From assembly GCF_003918875.1 (NCBI RefSeq), contig NW_025767190.1:4898001-4962000 (forward strand): a stretch of DNA of 64,000 nucleotides, in the 5' to 3' direction. Shown here piece after piece: positions 49,218 through 62,456 of this stretch. A program made the position numbers and the translations under genes. The DNA is from Haliotis rubra (Eukaryota). The notes under the pieces are model-generated. The model did not search any database and was not told the DNA's origin. It saw only the letters and a program-made list of their open reading frames with translations. The stretch's first letter is position 1; each line of letters begins with the position of its first letter.

Positions 49218-50493
49218 TAATACCCTACACCAGTGACATGTTCCACAGCTACAAAACCTGACATAAACCAAACATCCGCGGCATCTGTCAACAACATATC
49301 CCCTCTGGAATTATTCCACTATTTGCCACATGATGCTGATGTATCCAATGGATCACTACCACAGCTTTATTTAACGTTAGAGATTGACGATGGGATCTTG
49401 TGGCATGTGAAACACCTCTCCGGGGTCTTGTGATGTCTACAGTACCCAGGAGGTCATGCTCACAGTGATGAATGTGGCCATATCTGTCACGAACCTTGAC
49501 AGAGGAGGACGGTTGCAGATACTGTGCAGCTTACAAATGCAACACATCCATTGCTATGATGAGCTGATGTGTCCTGTTGAAATAGGATCTCAGGAAATAG
49601 TGTGATACATTTTACTGTTATAAGAACCCATATACCAGCTGTCCTCAAGACTAGTTAACAGAAAAGGGAAACGATCTAGATTCGTTAATCGCTTTATAAT
49701 CTTAATTAATGATGAAAGTTAGCGTGTATGAGGAATCAAGAAGACCATACAACAGTTTCTGCTCTTTCTGGAAGAGATTAATGCCATAAGATGTATTCCA
49801 ACAATAATCCTTATTGTACACTACTGGTCCAATTAATATTGCAGGTAGAAAGAAAATATTTAATCACAACTATGCTATTTTAAATTAACTATACAGCACC
49901 ACGGCCGATAAATAACACGTAAGGTGATTTACATGGAGCTGATGATGGATGCATGGATGTAGGTAATGGCTAAGTTAACTGTTGGGAAGTTGTAGTGATC
50001 CTTCTCGTCATAACTTGTTGCGGGGATATGTATTTCACTGATAGTATTTATGCACAGATCTGAGTATGTGGCGGTCCCAGCTCAGGTGGATAAATCAGTG
50101 CAAGGAAAATGGCAGCCATATCAGATCATCGACTGGTCTTAATCTGAAGTTAAGTTCGTGCTCGAATTCCTGCCTTCCACTTTGTCAGTTCGATCAGGAT
50201 TTCCGATTTGTGTGCATAAAGAAAACAGATGCAGGAAGTACAAAAGTAAAATTGGATCTCACTGGAATACCTACGTCTTGCCTAAAATTCTTTCCTTTCA
50301 CTTTTATTTCAAATTGTCCTGAATCCGTCAGATATGAAACTGTATGAACCCCACGTCTTGATCCCGTGGATCATGGAATGAAACATTTCTTCAAGATTGT
50401 CATCTCTCTTCTGTCTTAACCGTCAATGCGAAAAAGCTTGGTCCATACAGAAAAAAAGCAAGACATTTCATTCGTTGTAATGCCATTACAGTT

Positions 50494-50617
50494 GGTCTTC
50501 AGCAGCCCACGTTTGTCATGTGAGGTAAGTAATGGGATCGGGTGGCCAGGCTCGTTGACTTGGTTGACACATGTCATCGTATCCTAATTACTTACATAGA
50601 TGCTCATGCTGTTGATT
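50494..50617 (+). mobile_element. Degenerate family C SINE fragment (paralogue at ~58670-58790)
   Basis: GGGATCGGGTGG..AGGCTCGTTGACTTGGTTGACACATGTCATCGTATCC shared by both duplicated blocks. Confidence 0.75.
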
Positions 50618-52429
50618 CTTCAGTGAGCTCAGTAATGTAAACTGCAACGCGTTTTTGACAGTACAATCAGCAATACATGTTAGCGGTGTACTGTAAGAGT
50701 ACAAATCTACCAAGAAGAACGACGGGGTTTGTAGTTAACAATCGAGGTGGCCTGACCAATAATGCGTTATGCCCTACGACTGTTCAAACATTCGATTAAA
50801 AGGCGTAGCATTTTGCAATGCTTACCTTTCTACCAGATCGTGACATTTATAGTTGATTCACAACATGTACACGGCTCTTCTCAATAGGTTTAATAAAGAT
50901 TGCTGTTTCTATTTAACCACAACGTTGCAGGGGCATAGTTGGTCATTGGTTCATCATGCCTGTCGGGTGAATATTCAAAGGCTTATTTATGTTCATTATA
51001 TTTTTACCGTGGTGTATGCATGTCGGTTCCAGGTATCATGCGTTCTACGGAGCAGCAATGATTTAATTCACCGGTTACACAGCTCAGCTTGGACTGACCA
51101 ACATGTATATTTTTCATTGCTTTGAACTTGGATGATCTATTGAACACTTTAGATTTAATATTAAGAAGAAGGTATCCGACATGTTTTATAGCAAAATGTG
51201 TTTAACTCATTGGAAGTTCATCTTTGACTTGAAACAGCATAGATTAATATATTATCTGTGAACTTCTAGATTATCATCATTCAAGTGCCCTTTGTACTTT
51301 GATCGTTGTGAATTATCACCAGAGCGATGTCAGATTCAAACTAACTCACGTACAGATTCCCTGAATAAAATCTATTTCCTTCAATGACCTCGAAGGTGAC
51401 CTTATCACACAAGAGGTACTGTTGTGAGGGACTTCTTCAGCCACACGTAATCATGTATTTCTATCTCAAACATGATTACGGGAAGGTACTTGAAATTGCT
51501 TCTTCGAAACCTTTCCTTCGTTACCTTTCTTGCACAGGCAGGAATGTCAATCCCAGGAGGGTGTAATTAATCCGACTGGCAGTGAAGGATAATTAACTAT
51601 GGACTCTTATCTTGTTTGGTGACGATACATTGATATCGTCACTGTGTAGAGTGGGGATATCAGAAATCATACTGTTTACGGGGAATGAGGCCTTGCAATT
51701 GATGAATAAGTAGACTAAATCACGTGGTAGCATGGATATAGAGGAGTCATCCCAAAATAATAGTTCCCATCGCCTGAAAGGGCGTAATGTGTATTTGTAT
51801 CACATGAATAAGAAAGGTTTAGGGAATCAGCCTGAACAAGAGCGAGTGAGTGCGTAGTTTTACGCCCATTTGGAATTAAGACGACTGGGGACGCCAGATA
51901 TGGGCTTCTCACACTGAAAACAAGTGGGGAATCGAAGCCGAGTTTCCAACAAAGACAGAATCTCATCCCTTGATATGTGCGCCTGCATACTGCATTTTGT
52001 ACTTGATGTCAAATGTGTATATTTAGTTATCTTTAGTGTATACGTAGGGATAGATATATTTCATTAACCTGCTGCAAAACACTGCCCCACATTTCCTAGC
52101 AGAAACCTTATCTTACAGATTCTTCTCTGAAACGAAATGTTATCAATCAGTTCCTGCTCAAAAACCAGATCAGTCTTCTGTGTTTCACAATTTGCCAGAG
52201 CTCAAGCACATTCTATCTACGATTTTGTCTTTTGTCACACGCCTTGTTATATATTTCTTTTTACAGAACTTTGCTTTTCAGCGCAAGAGAGGAATAGGCA
52301 CGTCTTCAGATTTCACAGTCAAGTCGAACGTCGCTGAGTGGGTGAGTGAGCGAGCCAGCAAGAATGGTTTACGCGGAGTTAGCTATATGCCCACTATATA
52401 ATTCGGGACTTCAGGAAAGAACTTCCAAC

Positions 52430-53897
52430 TAGGGCTTCCACGGGTACTCGAGTACAGGACGAGTCGGTTTAGCTGGACTCGAGTCCATTTTCAAGGACTC
52501 GAGGACTCGAAAAGGGGAGATAACTCGAATTATTGACGTTGACAGACTGCCTGCCATGTGCTAAGCATGAGCGGCCGTTAACGTCTAATATTAAGATAAG
52601 ATATAACTTTATTATCCCAGAGGAAATTATTATACATCCAACTGTCTCAATATGAATATGTACACAGTTCACAAAAATATACACAATAATTACATGCTCA
52701 AAACGAATGCTATTTACACAATAAAACTGACATGATATAATTCAATTAACCACATAGGTAAAGAGGCTGAATAATTCTAGTTGTAATCACGTGATGGTGA
52801 TTAAAAAAATATGTGTTGTATTCACGAATACTTGATGGTATGAAAGACTGTCGAACTCTGTTTTGAGGGAAGGTAATCGACAGCAGCGTCCAGAAGGAAG
52901 TAGTTCAAAATGGTGAGATTAAATATGTCAACTATCAAATCTAATTTTAGTTGCCTTTGTGACAATCTGGCGCTCAGAGATAAAGGGAATATACTTGAAA
53001 GACACCCCAGAAATTTTGCATGCAGTATTAACAATTTTGAAAAGCTTGTTTTTGTTGCAATGAGACAGACCCCCATACCAACATAGAACATTGAATAAAG
53101 GTTTGATAAAAAACTGTCATTACGGTTTTGTCAATGCCTTGACGATGATAATGTTCAGAATCGGATATTAGGCCAGTACAGTGGCGTCATCTGCGAATTT
53201 CACAGTAAACACGTCATATATTGACAAGTAACAGTCATTGGTATACAAAACGAAGAGTACGGATGAAGGAACACAGCCATTTGGTTCTGCAGTAGAGGTT
53301 GAGAGAAAAGAAGATTGATAGCCATTTACACTGACATACTGAGTTCTATGTACCCTGAATTCTTTAACCCATCTGATAATGTTTTTATTAACACCTATAT
53401 TAAATAGTTTACTCCTCACACGGTGTGGCTGTATGGTATTAGTTGTTACAAATCTGCAGATGAGAGTAAATATTATACATCGTTTGAAATTTCACTTCTT
53501 AAAATGATAAGGTAACTATCTTGACAATTGATAGACATGGAGAAAGATAAAAAAATCAAATGTATGGGCGTATCTTGATCTGGATAGAGAAAAGAGAAAA
53601 ATAACCAAATGCCGCCTGTGCTGCATCTCACTGCGTTTTGCAGGCAGTACAAGAAGTACGATGAAAACAACAAGTGTCAAGTAAACATCCAAATACTGAT
53701 TCTGACCAATGGGAAATGTTAGTCACATAACGATATATAGTCGGAATGAAGTAAGTGTTCACTTGTGTGATCGGAACACATGTCATGCAAGTTACGCTAT
53801 TGTTTGCTTGAAAGGTATGAATTTCGAGTACTCGGGTCCGAGTCGAGTCTCATCCCTCGAGTACTCGAGTCCAAGAAAAGGACTCGTTGAAGCCCTA
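52430..53897. mobile_element. Non-autonomous hAT element
   Basis: Termini TAGGGCTTC...GAAGCCCTA; 8-bp TSD CTTCCAAC (52422-52429, 53898-53905); subterminal ACTCGAGT repeats. Confidence 0.88.
52592..53440 (-). mobile_element. 5'-truncated, decayed LINE (CR1/L2/Rex1-like RT fragment) inside the hAT element
   Basis: NTIQPH..IIRWVKEF..RTQYVSVNG..G..SSVLFVLYTNDC..VKFADDATVLA (53168-53440); 3' end AATAAAGTTATATCTTATCTTA on the minus strand. Confidence 0.85.
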
Positions 53898-54449
53898 CTT
53901 CCAACATTGCACTCACATGGAGAATCGACAAGAGTGACAAGCTCGAGCATTAACCAAAAGGCTACCGCACCGCCATTACAGTCCACTATGAAGTAAACAA
54001 GCGATAGATGAAGTTGGGGAAATGAAACTGGGTTTTCGGCGTTTCGAGCCACTAAGCAACCCCACTGCCCCTGGAAAAACAGAAATGGAATATTTCAACA
54101 TTACTGCAGTACTATGTAAATATTCGATGAAGCGTTGGTTGACTTTATATGAACTAAATGTAGAATCAAGTGTCAAATTCAAAACATCATATCCAGAGAG
54201 TAATCACTCTCGAATAATTATGACATTTCATACATATGAGAGCAAAAGAGTTTCCGATTTCATGATGGATCCAGCATAACATAACGCTCGAATTCTATGC
54301 GTGTTCATCGACTGGACTATAAGTTTTCAACGCCTCGAGGTAGCATCTGCAGACATCAGGACTATGAGGAACATGAGTATCTTAGAAGACATTCAGACAG
54401 AACCTTAGATTGACATCGGCTTATTAAAATTAGCTACAGCTGACGGAAA

Positions 54450-54715
54450 NNNNNNNNNNNNNNNNNNNNNNNNNNNNNNNNNNNNNNNNNNNNNNNNNNN
54501 NNNNNNNNNNNNNNNNNNNNNNNNNNNNNNNNNNNNNNNNNNNNNNNNNNNNNNNNNNNNNNNNNNNNNNNNNNNNNNNNNNNNNNNNNNNNNNNNNNNN
54601 NNNNNNNNNNNNNNNNNNNNNNNNNNNNNNNNNNNNNNNNNNNNNNNNNNNNNNNNNNNNNNNNNNNNNNNNNNNNNNNNNNNNNNNNNNNNNNNNNNNN
54701 NNNNNNNNNNNNNNN
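54450..54715. other. Assembly gap (266 N)
   Basis: Run of N. Confidence 1.
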
Positions 54716-55366
54716 CCCGTTACAAGGTACATTACAATATACATTATAAAAACATCAATACACGGGCCACTCCGTACAGAGTTATGAAAGACGATATTTG
54801 TACAGGTATTTACGAGTGATAAAATTGAATATTCTCGATAAAGCCTATTTCGCACATGTTACTGATATAAAACATATTTTCTCTTTTTCAAACTACTATG
54901 GCAGGTTTTGGCACTTTCATAACATAAAATTTCATTAGATAAGATAAAACCAGTTTTCCGAGTTTTGCTTATATCCATAAAATCCGAACAAATTCTAAGA
55001 CATTTATCAATAAGATTCTTTCGCTCGACACTGTACACTGGTCAATCAAGTAACACGTGGCATTCATCCTCAATTACATTCACACAAATAAAACATGTTC
55101 TCTCTTGTAGAGGAATATTGGTATATCTGCCCGGATCAAGATTGATTGGTGCTGTGCCACATCTAAATTTAGCAAATGCACTTCCATGTGCTCTTGGGAT
55201 TCTATGACAGACATAAAATGCTGGAGTAAAGCATGGGTTAACTTGAAATTGATCATATCATATTTCATCAATGACGGATTTTGTATGAGTATCGAATGTA
55301 GTTGAGGCTGTTCGTTAGTTATTTAAAATACGTAAGAAAATTTAATATTAATGAAACAGAGAGTAA

Positions 55367-55818
55367 GATTTATTCACTTTGTCAGAGAAAGCAATTACTT
55401 GTTCATAAATTATGAACCATGTGTGGTATTTGCCTTCAAAAAATGAAATATAAAACATACAATCTCCCCTTCTTCTTCCGAGGATTGACATGTTACAAAC
55501 AAAAAAATAATTGCTGGTCTTGTCCGGTAAGATTTTGATATATTGGGTGATGACTAAAGTAGACAATCAGAATGAAAGTAAGGGTTTGTATGTGTATCGA
55601 ATGGAGTTGAGGATATACGTTAGTTATTCGAAAACATCCAAGAAAATTAAACATAAATGAAATAGGGTGTCACAAACTTCGATAACATTTATTCACTTTG
55701 TCAGAGAAAGCAATTACTTGTTCATAAATTATGAACCATGTGTGGTATTTGCCTTCAAATAATGAAATATAAAACATACAATCTCCCCTTCTTCTTCCGA
55801 GGATTGACATGTTACAAA
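55367..55818. repeat. Local direct duplication (~135 bp: ~55367-55500 and ~55687-55818)
   Basis: TTTATTCACTTTGTCAGAGAAAGC...GATTGACATGTTACAAAC occurs twice; single copy in the paralogue at ~46770-46905. Confidence 0.85.
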
Positions 55819-56238
55819 CCTCTTCCATCTTGTGCATGGATGTGTCTTGTAATCGAGTTGGCATAACCATTAGATAACTCGGAAGAAAAAGTCAGAAGTA
55901 TGTTTATCTTCACAGCCAGCATGTAGCTGATCCGTACATCACTTTGCTATGTTTTAGCCTAGCACATTCGAGGTGTGAACCAGTGTTGGTAGATGTGAGG
56001 AGTGGGATCTCACCCCATGTGACTTGTATAAAGCTACACTTTGGTAATCAGGAATATGATCTCAACAATATTTCACAGAAACAATAGAATATTTCCTGTG
56101 AATCTTTTGCTATATTTTTAATCTAAACGTTCCATTGCACAATATAGGTAGGCACTTGAAAGGCAATAAGTAAGTTAATACCCACCGCGTTTATGATTAT
56201 TTCATTGGTGTTGATCCAGCTAACCTCTGAAAATATAA

Positions 56239-56395
56239 GGGCGGTGGGGTAGCCTAGGTGGTTAAAGCATTCGCTCTTCACGCCGAAGACCCGGGTTCGA
56301 TTCCCTACACGGGTGAAGCCCATTTCTGGTGTCCCCCGCCTTGATATTGCTGGAATATTGCTATTAGCGGCGTAAAAGAATACTCACTAACTCAC
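56239..56395 (+). mobile_element. tRNA-derived SINE, family A (small internal deletion)
   Basis: A/B boxes, (CACT)-like tail, imperfect TSD CTGAAAATA.AA; absent from the paralogue at ~47330. Confidence 0.88.
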
Positions 56396-59021
56396 CCTGA
56401 AAATAAAATCTGTTTAAACACAATAACACCGAAAGAGTCCAAGCATGCAGAGTAAATTATTCTCCATGACCACACAAAAAAATAGCCAAAGAACGTGAGC
56501 AAGCGTCACTAATACCCCGACCGAGACATCTAGCTACAGCTGAACAACAACAAAGAAGTATCATTCTTGACAAAAATTCATAATTCATAAAATAGTCTTG
56601 TTGTAAGTCATCTGTTATCCCGTATTAGACTCTAGATACATAACATCAGCGCCTGATAATAACCTGTTTCGATAACACACCGAAACAATTTCCTTTATGG
56701 CAGAAAAGGGAAAACAACGGTGAAAAGGTGTTCGCCAAAAGGGGAAGTCCTCATGTACCGGTAGCACTCGCCACTCGACCAATAGGCAGAATAAATAGTC
56801 GTTCCTATGCAGCACACTGTAGGTCGTACCCATGCCATAGTATGAACGTATCTACACATTCCAGTCTTGACCAGACAAACTAGTGATGTAAGTAATGTAG
56901 ATCGAGTAATCCTGTGACGTAAGCCAGTCCAGGATAAAGAAACTGTAAGACGTGTACTAATTCGAATAGTGCTTCCAGTGTATGCACATGTGTAGGTATG
57001 TATGTAAATCTATGCGTACGTATGTACATATGTATGTACGTATTATGTCGGTATGCATACATATTCTTCTCCAGGTACACCTATAAAGGGCGCGTGCGTG
57101 CGTGTGCGTACGTGCCCACCTACGTAACAGAAAAGGGGAAGATGTTCGTGAACCACTCTGTAATCTTAATTAATGATGAAATAAACAATTCCAACAATAA
57201 CCTTACCATACACGACTAGTCCTTGAATCAGCAATTGACTGAGCTTAAGCAACATTCCACATTACAACGATGTCATCAACAACTAGTTGCTTGAACTTTC
57301 CATTGGTTGCTTCAATAGTGACCTACTACACGCCCTTTGGTACGTACATGTCAGTGAAAGCATTATTATCAGCTGAAAAAATAACCTATTTTTCTGTGAT
57401 TAATATTTATTAACCTGATATCGTCACATTGCCATGTGTGATTGACCTCGCTATTAAATGTTTATTATAATGTCAAAGGCTCATGTTCGTTTATATTATG
57501 ACTAGGCAGAGATACTTCGTAATTAATTGTTCCCTAGCTGTGATAATCAAATACATGGGCTATGCAATGGTCGCCGTGAAACATGAATGTGCATGACATA
57601 TAAAATGTTAACTCTTACTGACAGAGAATCCGGAAAGTATTTGTTGAACTGCAACATGATATTTCCTATCAATCCAGATCAGTCCTGCTGTACATGATGT
57701 CATTTCTGTTTTCTTAGAATCAAAGCCTTTTTTTACCACACTCTCGCACAGTTCGCGGGGTGGGTGTAAGTCGGGAGGTCATATTCTATGATCCTTCATT
57801 GGATTCATATGTAGGCTTCAATGATTGCATCTAAACATATTTCCCTAGAGTCTCGTAATTTCGTTGTGTCAAGAGTAACATAGAGCTGTGATATTAAGTA
57901 GCACTGATGTGAGACCTCGGGGCGGTTGTCATCAAATAGTTAGCATCCAATGAAGTATCCCCTGTATTAGGCACGGACGAGTGCATTTGTAACTGAAAGT
58001 ATCGACTAGTGATCAACGATAACATTATTTCTGAAACAATCTCCTAAGAATCGCCCTACCAACAGTATCAGTATTATTAGTATTGCAAGTAGAAAGTTAA
58101 TATATACACAATTATATTGAATACTAGTATGAAGAATGGTATAACATTTCGGAAGAGCATTTAGAAGTGGAGTACATAAGAAAAGCAAGATTTATGGAAG
58201 TCACCTGCTTTATTTTGCATAGCACAACATTTTGGAGTGTATGTTTGCTCCTTCATCGGGTGAAACGTCGTGTTATTCACAATAAAGACGTTGACATCCA
58301 TAAATCCTGGTCTGATGCTTAAGATAAGTTCGTGTTAGACTTCCTGGCTTCCGCTTTGTCACTTCGACCAGGATTCCCGATGTATGTACATAAGGATACA
58401 GTTCAGTAAGGACAGGAGCAGAATCTCACTGGGGTGCCTAATTCTTGCCTAAAAATCGTTCTTTTCTTATTTCCCAAATTGTTCTGAACCTCTTGGATAT
58501 GTAACTGTATGAACCACACGCCTTGTAATTATGATAGAAGCCCCGTGGACCATGGAATAATGTTTTCTTGAAGTTTGTCATCTCTCTTCTATCATAACTG
58601 CCACTGCAAAAAGTTTGGTCCATACAGAAGAAAGCAAGACATTTCATTCGTTGTAATGTCATGACAATTGGTCTTCAGCAGCCCACGTTTGTCATGTGAG
58701 GTAAGTAATGGGATCGGGTGGCAAGGCTCGTTGACTTGGTTGACACATGTCATCGTATCCTAATTACTTACATAGATACTCATGCTGTTGGTTCTTTAGT
58801 GAGCTCAGTAATGTAAAATGCAACGTGGTTTTGACAGTACAATCAGCAATAAATGTTGACGGTGTACTGTAACTGCAACTGCAACGGTTATTTTTTACAT
58901 GACATGCACTGTAAGAGTAAAAACGTACCCAGGAGGACGGCAGGGGTTTGTACTAAACACTCGAAGTGGCCTGACAAATAATGCACTATGCCCTATGACT
59001 GGCCAAACTTTCGATTAAAAG

Positions 59022-59363
59022 GTGAGGTGAAATTGGGTTTAATGTCGTGCTTGAGAATATTTCGCTCATATGACGACGTGCATGCATGTGTGTGTGCGGC
59101 TGTTTGTACTAGCCAAGACTGAAGCTGGTTTTATAGTGCTAGCCCACTGAGATACCATGCCGCAGTGAAGCATGAATACCCCACTCAGACACATTATACT
59201 GACTCCGAGCCGACCAGTCCTTGTTGTACCCATTAAGGCCGAGCGCCAGGCAGGAACCAACAAGTACCATATTTTAACGTCATTTGGTATGACGCAGTCG
59301 GGGATCGAACCCGCGACCTTCCGCTCTCCGGACGGACGCTCTAACCACTACACCACAGAGGTC
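59022..59363 (-). mobile_element. tRNA-derived SINE, family B
   Basis: Reverse complement of the 41536 family; TSD TTCG(A/G)TTAAAAG; empty site TTCGATTAAAAG at 50791-50802. Confidence 0.9.
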
Positions 59364-60162
59364 TTCGGTTAAAAGCTATAGAATAGTAGACAATCATGTT
59401 CAGTATTTCGTGTGTTTGATTGCGAAACCTTTCTCTCTCAAACGTTAGATTCTGATTACTGGCACTCATTGTTCAAAGCTGGTTTCTTCTGGTATCAAAT
59501 CGTGACATTTATAGTGCATGGTATATACACGACTCTTCTCAATAGGTTTAATGAAGATTGGTGTTTCTATGCTTTCACATTACAAGAGATTTGCAGGGGC
59601 ATAGATGGTCCTTGGTTCAAGTATTGTAAAATGAAACCTGTTTTTGACATGACAATCAGCAAAATATGTTGGCGGTGTACTGTAAGAGTTGTAAACAATT
59701 GAGATGACTTGACCATTTATGTGCTAAGTCCTACGAGTGACCAAACATTCGATTAAGAATCGAGGCATGGTAAACAAGCACGTTCAGTATTTCGGGTATT
59801 TAATTACGAAACTGTCTCAGATTACGAATCGCGACTACTACGGACGTTATGTTCTTATTACAGAACGTTAGATTCTGATTACTGGCAGTTTCTTCTGGTA
59901 TCAGATCGTGTCATTTATAGTTCATGATTCACTAGATTTTGCAGGGTTGAGATACATACACGACTCAGGGGAGCAACACCTTCATTCCGTCAGAATTGTG
60001 TGAAGCAACAGCTATATGATGTGGAAATTATGTCTTCCCGAAGTCTTGACATACAAAACGTAGTTTCCTTTGGAACTAAAAACAAATGTTACAACTCAAT
60101 TATTCAATCACATTTAAGATGCCATTGCGTTTACGAGCATAAAATAAATTTACACAATCAAG

Positions 60163-60333
60163 ACTGACTGACTGACTGAGTTTGGTGTTACGCCGCTTTT
60201 AGCAATATTCCAGCAACATCACGACGGGGGACACCAGAAATGGGCTTCACACATTGTGCCCATGTGGGGATTCGAACCCGGGTCTTGGGCGTGACGAGCC
60301 AACGCTTTAACCATTAGGCTACCCCACCGCCCC
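60163..60333 (-). mobile_element. tRNA-derived SINE, family A
   Basis: TSD TACACAATCAAG (60151-60162, 60334-60345); (CAGT)n tail. Confidence 0.92.
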
Positions 60334-61497
60334 TACACAATCAAGAACGTTATTTTGTTTATTCCAATAGATTAGCGTAATATGACATTGAATGGCTCTT
60401 AAGGAACATTCTGCAGAAATGATTTAATTCACCGGTTTTACATCTCAGCGTGGACAGACCAATATGTACATTTCATCGTCCTGAACTTGGATGATCTATT
60501 CATCACTTCAACTGTTACTTTCCAAATTGAGAAATGAAATATTACATACGATCTCATGTATTCGAATATTTATTAGGAAAAACAATCGTTTAATATAATC
60601 AATACGGAGACAAATTATATTTCGTTTTAGGAGTCCGAAGATATTCTTCATCACAGACGGCAATTTCGAGTTCCTGAATTCCAAAATTCATGTAACAGTT
60701 TATTCTGTATGTACACTATATCTATTTGAACCATCTGAGATCTCCAATTGTTTGTTGGGTGTTTTTTTGTAAATAAGGAATAGTGTAACATTTCATAACG
60801 GAATCGAAGCCGTGTTTTCAACAAAGACAGAATCTCAACCTTTAATATAGAATGTATGTGCGCCTGGTTTGCATATTGTCTTTAGGTCTCTTTGGTGTAT
60901 ACGTACGGATATCATGTATTTCATTAACCTGCTGCAAAACACTGCCCTACATTTCCTTCTCTCTTACAGATGTGGTGTCTTCTTCTTCTCTGAAACGAAA
61001 TGTTATCAATCAGTCACTGCTCAAGAACCAGATCAGTCTTCTGTATTACAAAATCTGCCAGAGCTCAAGCACATTGTATCTAAGATTTTGTCCTTTGTCA
61101 CAGGCCTTGTTATATATTTCTCTTTACAGAGCTTTGGTTTTCAGTGCAAGAGAGGAATAGGCACACTCACGCAAAACGTCGGTAGTACCTATGTGTGATA
61201 TGTTTTCAGTCTCAGTTAACATTCTGGTCTTATATATGGCATTACTGACAATCAATATATTTGATAAAGAATGTTTTGGGCTAATTCGTTGGAGGCCTTG
61301 TCAGAGGGACCAACTATAACATGTAGGGTGTGCAGACTTCGGATAACCATTGTCTGGGACACAGTGTATCATTTCTTTGAGAGGCATTTAGAAGTTTGCG
61401 TAGTGAGGAATGATAACAATTTTAGATGAACAACTTCTTTATTGCAGTGAGAGTGACGTTTAATGCAAGTGATGACTTGTTTGATCACTTGCATGAT

Positions 61498-61903
61498 TGT
61501 TGTAGAGGGGGGGGGGGGGGTATATAAAGAAAATGATGTCATTGAACACCTGGCTGACCTCATTTCACAGGGGACAATGACCGCGCACCCCCCTGGGAAA
61601 ACGGATCCGGCGTGACATCATAGCATCACACCATGACATCACGCCATTATTTTTGACCAATCAGCATAGAGCACTATCGAACTCACTCCGGTGTGACTCA
61701 GGCTGACTGGGGGGTCAATGACCGCGTACCCCGTTGGAACGGATGACTTGACCACACGAGTCTAAAATACCTCTGGGAAAAGTTGTTTATCCCAAGGTCA
61801 GCTCAGTACAAGGTCATTGCCCCCTGTGAAATGAGGTCAGACAGGTGTTCAATGACGTCATTTTCTTTTATACACACCCCCAACCCCCCACACCCCTACA
61901 ACA
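61498..61903. mobile_element. 406-bp non-autonomous TIR element with 6-bp TSD (Polinton/Maverick-like ends)
   Basis: TSD CATGAT (61492-61497, 61904-61909); termini TGTTGTAG...CTACAACA; ~85-90 bp imperfect TIRs. Confidence 0.8.
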
Positions 61904-62026
61904 CATGATACCGGTGTTAGAACCTGCATAGTGATTTGCAAAGTCTGAAGACTATGTGCATATTCTACCTTAAACAATATCGAAGATCTGTACAATTTCA
62001 CCCTTATGTGTCCATCCTTACAAACT

Positions 62027-62144
62027 GTGTGAGTATGGTTTTACGCCACTTTTAGCACTATTGCAGCAATATCACGTAGGACACCAGAAATGGGCTTCGC
62101 GTTAACGAGCCAACGCTTTCACCACTTGGCTACCCCACCGCCCC
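62027..62144 (-). mobile_element. Degenerate, deleted family A SINE
   Basis: GTTTTACGCC..GCAATATCAC..GACACCAGAAATGGGCTTC..GCTACCCCACCGCCCC. Confidence 0.75.
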
Positions 62145-62224
62145 AATCCTTAAAGAAAATTCGAAAGCAATACATACCAAACAAAAACGTTACTCGACCT
62201 TCAGTACAACAGTACTTGCCACCA

Positions 62225-62225
<1 letters not shown>

Positions 62226-62264
<39 letters not shown>
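62226..62264. repeat. (CA)n microsatellite
   Basis: Directly visible. Confidence 0.95.
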
Positions 62265-62266
<2 letters not shown>

Positions 62267-62456
62267 CCACCCCCTTACAACCTGTTCTGTACAGTTTGAT
62301 ATCCTCCGAAGTCCAGGCACCCTGGCTGCTGTGCCCCACCCGTGGCAATACGATCACGCAAATGTACCGATCTTGGGCTACAGTGGTGTACGGGGAGGGT
62401 CATTTGTTATGCCTGTTTGGTTGTAACGAGCTGTAAGCCGTGACATTATGCCAATA

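Noticed and set aside
47906-49220. Kolobok or piggyBac assignment from CTAA/TTAA flanks
   Set aside because: The left flank is CTAA, not TTAA, and the internal ORF remnant resembles IS630-Tc1-mariner proteins with TA TSDs.
54430-54855. 141-aa ORF
   Set aside because: Artefact of translating through the N gap.
60852-61198. Two overlapping ~100-aa plus-strand ORFs (paralogue 52137-52401)
   Set aside because: Coding strand and frame are unresolved: both frames are open, a minus-strand donor exists in the 40.8k copy, that copy is internally deleted, and no motif is recognised. Not called as CDS.
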